Below, in pieces: positions 20,226 to 30,173 of a stretch of 64,000 nt of DNA. The translations under genes and the position numbers were made by a program. The notes below the pieces were generated by a model. That model saw only the letters and a program-made list of their open reading frames with translations. It did no database searches and was not told the origin of the DNA. This stretch comes from Candidatus Saccharimonadales bacterium. GTDB taxonomy: Bacteria > Patescibacteriota > Saccharimonadia > Saccharimonadales > JAYRRP01. The first letter of the stretch is position 1. Each line of letters starts with the position of its first letter. The DNA lies in assembly GCA_041906765.1 (NCBI GenBank), contig JAYRIP010000005.1, positions 65,581 to 129,580 of the forward strand, given 5' to 3'.

Positions 20226-21959
20226 ATGATGAACAGAACCTACAGAACAACAATAAAGCTTTCCTGTCTCATTGCATTATCCTTGTTCTTAATTATCCCC
20301 AAAGGCTTTGCTCTATCCGGTGGTGAATTTCAGTCTGGGAGAATAATTGATGATGCTAAGTTCTTCAGTGGGCCAACCATGTCAGTAAGTGACATCCAAA
20401 TATTTTTAAATGCAAAGGTACCTACCTGCGATACTTGGGGTACTCAGATGCATTCTTCGGGCCAAACAAGAGCTCAATACTCTGCCGCGCATGGCGTCTC
20501 GACCCCGTTTACATGCTTAAAAGACTATCACACAAGCATACCAGAAAAATCAGCAGAGCCAGGGCTGTGTAACGGATTAATCGCGTCCGGGGCTTCTGCA
20601 GCAGAAATTATTTCGTGGGTAGCACAAAGTTGTGGCATTAATCCACAAGTACTGATTGTCCTCATACAAAAAGAACAGTCTCTCATTACTGACGACTGGC
20701 CCTGGCCAGTTCAATACAGAAGTGCCACGGGTTATGGGTGTCCAGATTCAGCTCCTTGTGATACAGAATATTACGGGTTCTTTAACCAAGTGTACAATGC
20801 CGCTCGCCAGTTCAAACGCTACGCTCGAGACTCTAACTTGTTTAATTTTAAGGCAGGCATGAATGCCAATATTCAATACAACCCTAACGCTGCTTGTGGC
20901 AGTTCAGTAGTATATATTCAAAATCAAGCAACTGCGGGCTTATACAATTACACACCTTACCAGCCAAACGCTGCAGCATTAAATAACCTGTATGGTACAG
21001 GCGACGGTTGTAGTGCTTACGGGAACCGTAATTTCTGGCGTTTATTCAATGATTGGTTTGGTAGTACTTTCGGTCCGCCTGATTATTCATGTAAGAACAG
21101 TGTGAATGTAAATGGTGCGCCTACTGGAGGTAAAGTTATACCAAATCAATTTACGCCAACCGGTTATGACACGTTCTCATTAATACTACCGAATAACACT
21201 GGTTCCGCTTGTATAGAGGCGCACACTTGGCAGCCGAATCTTATATATTGGTACACAAATGTGGCTACCAATCACCCGGCCGTAAACCCAGCAGATGGAA
21301 AAATACTTTCTGCTGATGTATATGGGGATAATAAGGATGAGCTTATTTTCGTCAAATACCGCAACACTGGGAGTGGCAATATTGAAATCCATGTGTGGGA
21401 TAACACATATCAACGTTGGGCATATAATATCGCCACCAATCACCCGGCAATTGACCCTGCTGACGGCGAAGTGATCGCAGGTGATATGAATGGTGACGGA
21501 AGAGATGAACTCATGTTGGTCAAATACCGCAACACTGGGAGTGGCAATATTGAAGTGCATACGTGGACACCTGACAAGCAGGGTTGGGTATCTAATATCG
21601 CCACTAATCACCCGGCCGTAAACCCCGCAGACGCAAGAGTAATTGCCGCGAACTTATACGGAGATAACCGGGATGAAATAGTCTTGGTCAAATACCGCAA
21701 CACTGGGAGTGGCAATATTGAAGTGCATACGTGGGGAACCAATCAACAGTACTGGTTGAGTAACGTGGCCACTAATCACCCGGCAGCTGATCCAAATGAT
21801 GTAGAAATAATGGGCGCCAACATATTTGGAACGGATGCTGACGAGTTAGTCTTGGTCAAATACCGCAACACTGGGAGTGGCAATATTGAAGTGCATACGT
21901 GGGGAACCAATCAACAGTACTGGTTGAGCCATGCAGTTACCGGCTACGGATCCCTGTAA
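20226..21959 (+). CDS. secreted protein: N-terminal domain of unknown function plus four to five FG-GAP/VCBS-like repeats
   Basis: The ATG at 20226 (MMNRTYRTTIKLSCLIALSLFLI) gives a signal peptide, whereas the track start at 20148 overlaps the upstream gene. The C-terminal repeats read NIATNHPA..PAD..VIA.D.NGDGRDEL.LVKYRNTGSGNIEVHTW. The D.NGDG.DE core resembles FG-GAP Ca-binding loops. Confidence 0.65.
   Translation: MMNRTYRTTIKLSCLIALSLFLIIPKGFALSGGEFQSGRIIDDAKFFSGPTMSVSDIQIFLNAKVPTCDTWGTQMHSSGQTRAQYSAAHGVSTPFTCLKDYHTSIPEKSAEPGLCNGLIASGASAAEIISWVAQSCGINPQVLIVLIQKEQSLITDDWPWPVQYRSATGYGCPDSAPCDTEYYGFFNQVYNAARQFKRYARDSNLFNFKAGMNANIQYNPNAACGSSVVYIQNQATAGLYNYTPYQPNAAALNNLYGTGDGCSAYGNRNFWRLFNDWFGSTFGPPDYSCKNSVNVNGAPTGGKVIPNQFTPTGYDTFSLILPNNTGSACIEAHTWQPNLIYWYTNVATNHPAVNPADGKILSADVYGDNKDELIFVKYRNTGSGNIEIHVWDNTYQRWAYNIATNHPAIDPADGEVIAGDMNGDGRDELMLVKYRNTGSGNIEVHTWTPDKQGWVSNIATNHPAVNPADARVIAANLYGDNRDEIVLVKYRNTGSGNIEVHTWGTNQQYWLSNVATNHPAADPNDVEIMGANIFGTDADELVLVKYRNTGSGNIEVHTWGTNQQYWLSHAVTGYGSL
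21253..21945 (+). repeat. in-frame tandem repeat, 168-nt period, about 4 units, inside CDS 20226..21959
   Basis: The motif gcc/gct-ac(c/t)-aatcacccggc recurs at 21264, 21432, 21600 and 21768, exactly 168 nt apart. An 80-nt stretch (gtcttggtcaaataccgcaac...actggttgag) is identical at 21681-21760 and 21849-21928. Confidence 0.9.
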
Positions 21960-22952
21960 TCAATATCCTTTCCGCATAAGAATCCAAAGATACTTTGAGT
22001 CTACGGAACGATTTTTATTCATCGTATAACGTTTTTTAATAAATAACGGTAGTCTAACCAAACCGATCAGCCTACCTTTTATAACTTTATAACTTGCTTG
22101 TCTCTTACCTCTGCGACGCAATGTTTTTATCGTATCTATATCACCTCGGATAAGTCTTGGCAGCATCCGCACTATCATACTGAAAGTAAAGTTCTTAAAC
22201 AGCATGCAACTGTTGTTTCTAAAAGTCATATACAAAGAGAAATCAGGGTTTTTGCTCGATGATGCAGAGCCCATATGATATGCTTTTGCCTTCGGAACAA
22301 GGTAATTGTCCCATCCCATAAGTGTGGCCCGGACGGCAAGATCGATATCCTCAAGATACATGAACAGTGCTTCGTCAAAAAGCTGGTCATGAAATGGCTG
22401 TGCTTTAATAAAATTTCGAGTTATCAAGCATGCCGCCGCATTTACACCAAATACTTTACGAGGACCTTTCTCGTCTGTCACATAGTAACGCCAATTTCCT
22501 TGAGTACCCTGACCATTATGAGACACAAAGATATGAGTAGAATCAATGACCTTATGGTCATAATAGTCAAGAGTTGTCCCTTGTAATAATGCTGCCTTCG
22601 GTTTCTGTTGCGCGAAAGTCACAATTTGTTGTGTCCATTTCGCGTCTAAACGAGCGTCAGTATTGAGTAACGCAACGTACTTTACGGACTCATCTTGGAG
22701 GGCCTTCACAATACCTATATTGTTTCCCTTAGCAAAGCCAGTGTTCTTTCTAGGTTCTATCACCTGAATATTCGGATAATGTTTCTTGGTATACGCAACT
22801 GAGTTATCAGATGAATCATTATCTACATATATTATTATGCTATCTCTGTACGTTTGCTGCTTGATAGACTCAAAGCACTCTGGCAAAAGGTCACAGTTAT
22901 TCCAACCAACGACTATAAAAGCTACTCTCTCACTTTTCTGATCTGCCATCAT
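21960..22952 (-). CDS. glycosyltransferase family 2 (rhamnosyltransferase-like)
   Basis: The N-terminus is VAFIVVGWNNCDLLPECFESIKQQTY, with a DNDSSDNS (DxD) motif and a typical GT-A length and pattern. Confidence 0.75.
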   Translation of the reverse strand: MMADQKSERVAFIVVGWNNCDLLPECFESIKQQTYRDSIIIYVDNDSSDNSVAYTKKHYPNIQVIEPRKNTGFAKGNNIGIVKALQDESVKYVALLNTDARLDAKWTQQIVTFAQQKPKAALLQGTTLDYYDHKVIDSTHIFVSHNGQGTQGNWRYYVTDEKGPRKVFGVNAAACLITRNFIKAQPFHDQLFDEALFMYLEDIDLAVRATLMGWDNYLVPKAKAYHMGSASSSKNPDFSLYMTFRNNSCMLFKNFTFSMIVRMLPRLIRGDIDTIKTLRRRGKRQASYKVIKGRLIGLVRLPLFIKKRYTMNKNRSVDSKYLWILMRKGY

Positions 22953-24612
22953 AGCCTTCCCATGAGCTTGTTTTCATTGTTATTTCATATGAGGCGTCAT
23001 CAACTTGAGGATTAAAATACTGGTCTCTGGCCTGAATATCGCGAAAGAATCCCTTGTAATAACCAACTGCATGAGCCCATATAACAGACTGGATATTATT
23101 AGGAGCCTTTAATTGTAGCGTAAGGTTAGGTTGAGGTTCCTTCTGTTCAGCAATAAGCTTTCGTAAAGTATTCCGTTTTGTTGCAAACACATTTAAAGTG
23201 AGTGCCGATACATTTCGCACCCAATCTGTGTCTCCCAAGATGGTGTTTTCACCATATTTGTAACCCTTAAAAAGTGGCTGAAGACCATACTCCGACTCCA
23301 CAAGTCCCGCATCTAAAATAGTACAGTCCTTACCCACAATAACTGGTGCTATGAGGGAATCATCAATTCCGTTGGCAACGTTTGCAAGCTCTATGAGAGC
23401 TCCTTTCTCTTTTGGAAGAACTGCCTGTTGAAAACATAGGACTACTTCACTATCTATTGCCTTTTGGGCATTACTCCAATAGTCAGTTGTTTCTGCTGGC
23501 ACAAAGGATATTGCTAGGTCTTTGGGCGCATACTCTCGGTACCACTCACCGACTATTAAGTGTATCCTAGGTTTCTTAAGTTCCTTTTTTATAAGTTGGT
23601 CAAGCCACCAGGCGCAAATTCTTTCATAGCTTTGATCAACTGGACCTATGGCAACAGTAAAAGCTTCCATAGGTTTATATACCGTTCTGTAAAAGCCTGG
23701 CTTACCTTTCATTATCGTGCTTTGAGCATCTATAGTAAGTCGTTTGAAGTGTTCATTGACAGTTTTTACGCCAGCTTCGAATATATATTCCTTTGTTGAA
23801 ATATCTTTTGCAGTCGAGCTTTTGGCTGCTCTCCAATGGTACAAAACATGGGGAATATGGCTAATTTTTGGCTTACAAATATCAATAACTCGCCAATTTA
23901 AGTCATAGTCTTGTGCGCCATCAAATTCTGGACGTAAGCCACCGACATGCTCAATCATATTTCTCTTAATAACAGTAAGGTGATTAATGTAGTTAAGGTT
24001 TTCCAATAATTGTGGGGACCATCTTGGTTTGCAAAGTGGATCAAAGTAGCGTGAGCTTTCATGGTCAATTTTATCTTCATCGGTATAGATAAACTCTGCT
24101 CCCTGTGATTCAATCTCATGAGCTATACAGTGGAGAGCACACGGATGCAATAAATCATCATGATCACAAAAAGCCACGAATTCACCGTTTGTATATTGAA
24201 GGCCAAAATTAGTGTTTTCCGCAATACCGAGATTACTATCGGGAGTTACGACTTTTATCCTATTATCAATTTTTTCACATGCCTTAACAGCCTCCTTATA
24301 GGCTTTTTTAGTCGAAGCGTTTACTAGAATTAACTCCCAATTTTCATAATGTTGGTTAATGACTGAGTAAACCATCTCCATTAAGTGAGTTCGATCAGTA
24401 TTGAACGTTGGAACAACGATGCTGATTTTAACCTTGGAGGTTTCTTCGTTAGCAACAAAGCAAGTTTCCTCATTCTCTACGGCCCAAGGGTGATAACTAA
24501 GTTTTGTTTTTAGTTTGCGGTATTTCTGGTAAGCGTTTACAACTGGCTTTAATACTCTTTTACTTGTTCCGCCGACTTTGACCATTAGTCTAAATAATAG
24601 ATCCTTAATCAT
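22930..24612 (-). CDS. glycosyltransferase family 2 with extra N- and C-terminal regions
   Basis: The GT-A core reads KISIVVPTFNTDRTHLMEMVYSVINQHYENWELILVNAS ... CDHDDLLHP. The protein is 560 aa. Its gene overlaps the Wzt gene end and the next GT2 start. Confidence 0.75.
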   Translation of the reverse strand: MIKDLLFRLMVKVGGTSKRVLKPVVNAYQKYRKLKTKLSYHPWAVENEETCFVANEETSKVKISIVVPTFNTDRTHLMEMVYSVINQHYENWELILVNASTKKAYKEAVKACEKIDNRIKVVTPDSNLGIAENTNFGLQYTNGEFVAFCDHDDLLHPCALHCIAHEIESQGAEFIYTDEDKIDHESSRYFDPLCKPRWSPQLLENLNYINHLTVIKRNMIEHVGGLRPEFDGAQDYDLNWRVIDICKPKISHIPHVLYHWRAAKSSTAKDISTKEYIFEAGVKTVNEHFKRLTIDAQSTIMKGKPGFYRTVYKPMEAFTVAIGPVDQSYERICAWWLDQLIKKELKKPRIHLIVGEWYREYAPKDLAISFVPAETTDYWSNAQKAIDSEVVLCFQQAVLPKEKGALIELANVANGIDDSLIAPVIVGKDCTILDAGLVESEYGLQPLFKGYKYGENTILGDTDWVRNVSALTLNVFATKRNTLRKLIAEQKEPQPNLTLQLKAPNNIQSVIWAHAVGYYKGFFRDIQARDQYFNPQVDDASYEITMKTSSWEGYDGRSEK

Positions 24613-25849
24613 GGTGCTTCTTGGGATTAGAGTATGTAACGGTCATTGTATGTGGCGGATGGACGTGAGCATGTTCAAGAGGATGTCCTCCTATAGCAAA
24701 GCGATGGGTACGTTCTATGCGATCGTATATTGTTAAAAAGTCAGTGCTTTCTATTGCACTTGTGACAGTATATTCACCGTTTGTAAACACATTGTTAACC
24801 ACCACCTCCAAGATCACTTGATCTCCAGGGTGCACAGTTTTAGTTGGCTGATTTTTTAACCAGTTATTCGTAGCAAAGACCGTACCGTTCTCAGAGTCTT
24901 GAAAAATAAAACTTAATGAAGGTTCTTTAACCGTTTCATTAATTTTATAGATAAGTCTCACACCAATTTTTTCGTCTGCATTAAAAGTGTTTTGAATTTT
25001 CTTTGAATCAGCATTAAACGTTTGGGTACTTATAATTTCTGCTGCTTTAGTACCCTCTCTTGCTTTAAACTTCGGCGTATCGTTAGTTTTCTGAAGACGG
25101 CCTTCTGCAGCTCTCAGGTTAATCTCTTCATACATCTTTGCAACTTCATCAGGTGCTCCAATTTTTTTTATTTCACCGCCTGAGATAAGTACTGTTTTAT
25201 TACAGAACTTACGGACAGCACCCATGTCATGAGTAACGAGAACTACCGTTTGCTTGTGATTTTTTAGATCATAAAAATAGTTGTAACACTTTTTTTGAAA
25301 GTCTAAATCACCGACAGCAAGCACCTCGTCAATCAGTAGCGTATCTGACTTCGCCCTTATTGCAATCGAAAAAGCAAGCCTTACCTGCATACCAGAGGAG
25401 TAGTTTTTTAGTTTTTGGTCCATAAATTTGTGCAGCTCTGCAAAATCTACGATTTCATCGTACATGGCTTCCATTTCTGCACGGTTAAAGCCGAGAAGCG
25501 CACCATTTAGAAAGACATTTTCACGGCCAGTGAGTTCAGGGTTAAAACCTACTCCTAGCTCAATAAAAGGAGTGAGCAGTCCATTTATGGTAATTGCTCC
25601 TTTGTCTGGTGTATAAATGCCGGCAACCAACTTGAGCAGGGTACTTTTGCCGCTACCGTTCCGCCCCACGATACCAAAGAAATCACCTCTTTTTATCTCA
25701 AATGAGACGTTGTTGAGTACTTGCTGTTTTTCGTATGTGCGATGACCACGAAACATATTAATGAACTGGCTTTTAACGGAATTACGTTTCTCGTGTGGAA
25801 GTTTAAATGATTTGCTAACACTATCAACTTTAATAATTGTTTCTACCAT
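24605..25849 (-). CDS. polysaccharide ABC exporter ATP-binding protein (Wzt/TagH-like) with C-terminal glycan-binding-type extension
   Basis: It has Walker A GRNGSGKST, the ABC signature YSSGMQVRL and Walker B LLIDEVLAVGD. An extra beta-rich C-terminal region of about 160 aa resembles that in Wzt proteins. Confidence 0.85.
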   Translation of the reverse strand: MVETIIKVDSVSKSFKLPHEKRNSVKSQFINMFRGHRTYEKQQVLNNVSFEIKRGDFFGIVGRNGSGKSTLLKLVAGIYTPDKGAITINGLLTPFIELGVGFNPELTGRENVFLNGALLGFNRAEMEAMYDEIVDFAELHKFMDQKLKNYSSGMQVRLAFSIAIRAKSDTLLIDEVLAVGDLDFQKKCYNYFYDLKNHKQTVVLVTHDMGAVRKFCNKTVLISGGEIKKIGAPDEVAKMYEEINLRAAEGRLQKTNDTPKFKAREGTKAAEIISTQTFNADSKKIQNTFNADEKIGVRLIYKINETVKEPSLSFIFQDSENGTVFATNNWLKNQPTKTVHPGDQVILEVVVNNVFTNGEYTVTSAIESTDFLTIYDRIERTHRFAIGGHPLEHAHVHPPHTMTVTYSNPKKHHD

Positions 25850-26649
25850 TACAGATTCTCCGCAAAGTATTTTGCTTCACGTTTAAAATACAAAATACCA
25901 ATAAGCAACACACTGAGAACGATACACAATGAAAGCACGCGTATAGCTGGCGTACCATATAACTCAGCAATAGTGAGCGTTTGTTTTGTTATCACTAAAT
26001 TTCTGGCATCCTGGATAGCCTGGGCCATAGGGTTAAGCAATAATAATTTCTGCAACGTATGGTTTGTAATCAAGGCTAGTGGATAAAGAATAGGGATAAG
26101 GTAAAACAATGCCTGCATAATTACTTCCCAGATATAGTTCATGTCACGATACTTCACGAATGCCGCTGCTAAAAATAAGGAGATACCTAGTGCAAATAAA
26201 TAAATCTCTATGAGTACTATGGGAAGTAGTACAATGCTCGGCATAGGCTGCACATGATTAATCACCATAAACACTGCCACAATAATCATGTTAAGGCCAA
26301 GATTAATAAGAGCCGATATGCTGCTTGAGATTACAATTAGCCAGCGGGGGATGCGAATCTTGCGAATAAGGTCGCCCCGACCAACGACTGAGCCCAAGCT
26401 CTGACTAGTCATTTCTGCAAAAAAGGTCCACAGCACTATCCCGAGAAGTAAATAAATAGGATAATGGGGAATACCGGTGCCCAGTTTTAAGAATTTTACA
26501 AATACCACATATAAAATAAGAAATAAGAGTAAGGGGCGCAACAGCGACCAGGTATAACCAAGTACGGAACCTTGGTAGCGCAGCTTAAAGTCGGTGCGGA
26601 CCAACTCGCTCAGTAATGCTCGATTCTTTTTTGACCAGATATGTTTCAT
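25849..26649 (-). CDS. ABC-2 type polysaccharide exporter permease (Wzm/TagG-like)
   Basis: It is 266 aa with six hydrophobic helices and the N-terminal motif FKLRYQGSVLGYTWSLLRPLL typical of ABC-2 permeases. It appears translationally coupled to the ATPase gene. Confidence 0.85.
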   Translation of the reverse strand: MKHIWSKKNRALLSELVRTDFKLRYQGSVLGYTWSLLRPLLLFLILYVVFVKFLKLGTGIPHYPIYLLLGIVLWTFFAEMTSQSLGSVVGRGDLIRKIRIPRWLIVISSSISALINLGLNMIIVAVFMVINHVQPMPSIVLLPIVLIEIYLFALGISLFLAAAFVKYRDMNYIWEVIMQALFYLIPILYPLALITNHTLQKLLLLNPMAQAIQDARNLVITKQTLTIAELYGTPAIRVLSLCIVLSVLLIGILYFKREAKYFAENL

Positions 26650-26692
26650 GCAGGTGTAATCGTCTAACTATTATAGAATACTTATAGACCCT

Positions 26693-27706
26693 ATGAAACA
26701 CGATGTTGCTGTCGTGGTACCAAACTGGAATGGTGCCCAAATGATAGATCAATGTTTGGACAGCCTGCAAAAGCAGACTCTTAAGGCCCAAATTATAGTG
26801 GTAGATAACGGTTCACGGGATAATTCAGTACAAATAATCGAAGCGGGGTTCCCCGAAGTCATACTTATAAAGAACCGCCGAAACCGTGGTTTTACGGGGG
26901 GCGTCAACCAAGGCATTAAAAAAGCCATTGCGCTTGGTGTAAGGTATGTGGCTTTATTCAATAATGATGCAGAGGCAGATACACAATGGCTAGAACAATT
27001 GGTGCAGTGTTTGGACACTCATTCAGATACCGCCATCTCTACCTGTAAGTTTCTTTCGGCAGACAGCAGCAGGATAGACAGCACAGGTGATATTTATACT
27101 ACCTGGGGGTTGTCTTATCCACGTGGCCGTGACGAGCCAGTTTCCGACAAATATGATAAGCAAAAACTGGTATTCGGTGCGAGTGGTGGCGCAAGCCTTT
27201 ACCGAGTTGAAGCACTGAAGGAAATCGGTTTGTTTGATGAAGGATTTTTTGCCTACTATGAAGATGTTGACATAAGTTTCCGGGCTCAGTTAGCCGGCTG
27301 GAAAGTCCGCTATGAGCCCAAAGCAGTTGCCACTCATCAAATCAGCGCCACGACTAGCAAAATTAAAGGTTTTGCAACTTATCACACCATTAAAAATTTA
27401 CCGCTACTTTTATGGAAAAACGTCCCGAAAAAATTATTGCCCACTGTGTTACCCCGATTTGTTTTGGCTCACAAGGCGTTTGTATTCAGTGCCTTTGCCC
27501 GCGGTGAAGTTTGGCCAGCTATCAAGGGAGTAGTGATGGCAACATGGTTGCTTCCTGGAGCACTAGTACAACGGTGTCGCATCCAGCAAAAGCGTAAAGT
27601 AAGTCCAGCTTATATTGCCTCTATCCTAGTGTGGGATTTGCCGCCAAATGCCTATAAATTACGACGCCTTCGCGCCAAATGGCGCCGGCTGGTAAGCCGC
27701 CACTAG
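26693..27706 (+). CDS. glycosyltransferase family 2 (rhamnosyltransferase-like)
   Basis: The N-terminus is VAVVVPNWNGAQMIDQCLDSLQKQT, with the motifs VDNGSRDNS, FNNDAEAD and YYEDVDISFR. Confidence 0.8.
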   Translation: MKHDVAVVVPNWNGAQMIDQCLDSLQKQTLKAQIIVVDNGSRDNSVQIIEAGFPEVILIKNRRNRGFTGGVNQGIKKAIALGVRYVALFNNDAEADTQWLEQLVQCLDTHSDTAISTCKFLSADSSRIDSTGDIYTTWGLSYPRGRDEPVSDKYDKQKLVFGASGGASLYRVEALKEIGLFDEGFFAYYEDVDISFRAQLAGWKVRYEPKAVATHQISATTSKIKGFATYHTIKNLPLLLWKNVPKKLLPTVLPRFVLAHKAFVFSAFARGEVWPAIKGVVMATWLLPGALVQRCRIQQKRKVSPAYIASILVWDLPPNAYKLRRLRAKWRRLVSRH

Positions 27707-29025
27707 GCTGACTTCGGCCGGAGTTTACTTCCTGATCTGTGTTTATTTTGAGCACTGAGGCCAAGTATTGCTCCGGCCAGCAACCACCACTGGGCTGCCA
27801 CTGCTTCATTACTCCATGTAAGCAACAATAAACTGCACAGGCTAATACCGGCGAAAGAAGCGAGAAGCACCAGTGCAGCAGAACCACGAACCTGTATCAG
27901 CCACCGCACCATCAGTGCCATAATTAACACGAGTAGGATTAGCCCCACAATGCCTACCTCGTAACCAATTTGGATATAATAGTCCTCAGTCAACATGACG
28001 GCTGTCTTGGTACGAATTGATACCAAGCCGGCTGTCCCTGGCCCGTGGCCAACGGGTCTTTTTATAATCCCTTCAATGCCTTGCCGAGCAAAGTCAACGT
28101 GTAAGTTGTTTGAGTCTGTTTGCCGGGTATTTTCGTCAGCATGGAAAACAACATTCTGTATTACATATTGATCCCGTAAAAGAAAAATCCCCACCGTAAT
28201 ACCCACCAGAAGGAGAGCAATCAGTGGACCACGTCGTCGTACTACCTGCATAAGCCGTCGTTTGTGGTACCACCCAAGTACGAGAGAGACACTGACGACA
28301 GCCCCAAGCCAGGCACTGCGAGAAAATGTCAAAAACAGCACCCAGCCATGAAGCAATAGCAAGCCACCGATCAATAGTTTCGATGCCGACCGGCGCAACC
28401 AAGCTAACGTTAATAAGGTAATCGGCAGGATTAAATATGCGCCCAGAGAGTTTGGGTCTCGTAAGGTCGACATAACACGTGGTAAGTCCGGTTTATTGTC
28501 GATAAAAAAAGCTGGTTGCACTCCCCGCTCGAGCGAGTAACCAAGATGGGTCAGTAGGTCCTTTGGTAATACATACTGGATAATACCAAGTGAACACACG
28601 AGGCTGCTCATAGCGATAGTAAGCCGTAGCAATGGCTTAATCTGTAGTTCGCGTGGATATACCAATGTTGCGCTCCAGGCAAGCAGTGCAAACCCCGGTA
28701 AACGGCAGTTATAGGCCGTTGCGAGTAGGGCATTTCCGGGATCAATTGACGGATTCCACCACCATACCAGGAGATGTACCAGACCATAGGCTACGCTCAG
28801 CCCTAATAACCATTTGTATCGATTATCCTTCTTGTACGCTCCTGTGCCAATAACCAATAATATGCTAAGTGCCAGTCCTCCCAGAAGGACAAAGTCTTTC
28901 GCCACCTTCCAAGTCTCCAAACCGCCTGTCCACAGGCTAACTGATTGAGCAACAAAAATATGTAATGGCATATAGGCAACGAAGGCGAGCACCAAATAGT
29001 ATGGCAAGCAACGGAGTTTATTCAT
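27703..29025 (-). CDS. O-antigen ligase/polymerase family membrane protein (Wzy_C-type)
   Basis: It is 440 aa with at least 10 hydrophobic helices and a central loop motif LTFSRSAWLGAVVSV, as in the O-antigen ligase family. Confidence 0.7.
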   Translation of the reverse strand: MNKLRCLPYYLVLAFVAYMPLHIFVAQSVSLWTGGLETWKVAKDFVLLGGLALSILLVIGTGAYKKDNRYKWLLGLSVAYGLVHLLVWWWNPSIDPGNALLATAYNCRLPGFALLAWSATLVYPRELQIKPLLRLTIAMSSLVCSLGIIQYVLPKDLLTHLGYSLERGVQPAFFIDNKPDLPRVMSTLRDPNSLGAYLILPITLLTLAWLRRSASKLLIGGLLLLHGWVLFLTFSRSAWLGAVVSVSLVLGWYHKRRLMQVVRRRGPLIALLLVGITVGIFLLRDQYVIQNVVFHADENTRQTDSNNLHVDFARQGIEGIIKRPVGHGPGTAGLVSIRTKTAVMLTEDYYIQIGYEVGIVGLILLVLIMALMVRWLIQVRGSAALVLLASFAGISLCSLLLLTWSNEAVAAQWWLLAGAILGLSAQNKHRSGSKLRPKSA

Positions 29026-29051
29026 TACCAGTAATTGTATAGACTTATGCT

Positions 29052-30173
29052 ATGGCTCACCAGTCCTTCCATATTGTTATTGATGCCCGGATGCGCCGTA
29101 GTAGTACCGGTAGATACGTTGACCGTCTTCTCACATATCTACAACTTATCGACACGCAGAGTCGCTATACTGTTCTGCTCGAGCCAGATGATCCATGGAA
29201 GCCCACTGCAAAAAATTTCAAGCCAGTGCCTTGCCATTTCAGGCAGTTTTCTTTCAATCCGTTTAGTCAAATCGCCTTTAGCCGCCAGCTTTATAAATTG
29301 AAAGCTGATTTGGTGCATTTCACGATGAGCGGGCAACAGCCGCTCTTTTATTTCAGGCGACAAGTTACTACCACCCATGACCTCACCATGTTCAAATATG
29401 CCCGGAAGGGGAAACTACCCGCGTGGCTACATTGGCTAAGGATGAAAGGTTACCGCTTACTCATGTGGCAAAGCCACCGCAAGGCCGCGGCTATTTTGGT
29501 CCCCACCCACTACGTGCGTGACGACGTTGCCAAGTTCCATCTCTTTACCAATCGCAAGATAGTTGTCACGCCTGAAGCCGCCGACCTCCCCACGCCTGAA
29601 GCCACCACCCCACCACTCGCCTACACCAGCGGTGAATTTATCTTATATGTTGGCACCGCCTTTCCGCACAAAAACTTGCAGCGCTTAGTAAAAGCCTTCG
29701 CCATTGTGCAGACATCATATCCTACCCTTAAGCTTTTTTTGACAGGAAAAAAAGAATATCATGCCCGAAAACTTGAGCGGTGGATACAAGCTCAAGGGGT
29801 GAGCGGTGCGGTGTTTACCAACCGGGTGAGTGATGCTGAGTTAAAGTGGCTTTATACCCATGGAGCTGCATATATTTTTCCATCACTTAGCGAGGGTTTT
29901 GGTTTGCCGGGTCTCGAAGCCATGGCGCATGGTTGCCCGGTGGTGTCGAGTAATGCGACTTGCTTACCAGAAGTCTATGGTGAGGCTGCCATCTACTTTG
30001 ATCCAAAAGATACCGAAGACATAGCAAAAACCATCATCAAAGTACTTGCTGACAAAAAATTACGCGAAAAATTAATTGAAAATGGGCATCATCAGGTTAG
30101 GCGGTATTCATGGAAACGAATGGCTGAACAAACTCTCGCAGTCTATCAACAAACGCTCGACCAGGCTGCTTAA
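29052..30173 (+). CDS. glycosyltransferase family 4
   Basis: The GT-B C-terminal motif reads IFPSLSEGFGLPGLEAMAHGCPVVSSN (E-x7-E). Confidence 0.8.
   Translation: MAHQSFHIVIDARMRRSSTGRYVDRLLTYLQLIDTQSRYTVLLEPDDPWKPTAKNFKPVPCHFRQFSFNPFSQIAFSRQLYKLKADLVHFTMSGQQPLFYFRRQVTTTHDLTMFKYARKGKLPAWLHWLRMKGYRLLMWQSHRKAAAILVPTHYVRDDVAKFHLFTNRKIVVTPEAADLPTPEATTPPLAYTSGEFILYVGTAFPHKNLQRLVKAFAIVQTSYPTLKLFLTGKKEYHARKLERWIQAQGVSGAVFTNRVSDAELKWLYTHGAAYIFPSLSEGFGLPGLEAMAHGCPVVSSNATCLPEVYGEAAIYFDPKDTEDIAKTIIKVLADKKLREKLIENGHHQVRRYSWKRMAEQTLAVYQQTLDQAA

Noticed and set aside
21253-21945. Regularly spaced repeats as a CRISPR array
   Set aside because: The period is 168 nt, the repeats are in frame inside a long ORF and encode a protein repeat, there is no short repeat/spacer structure, and there are no cas genes.
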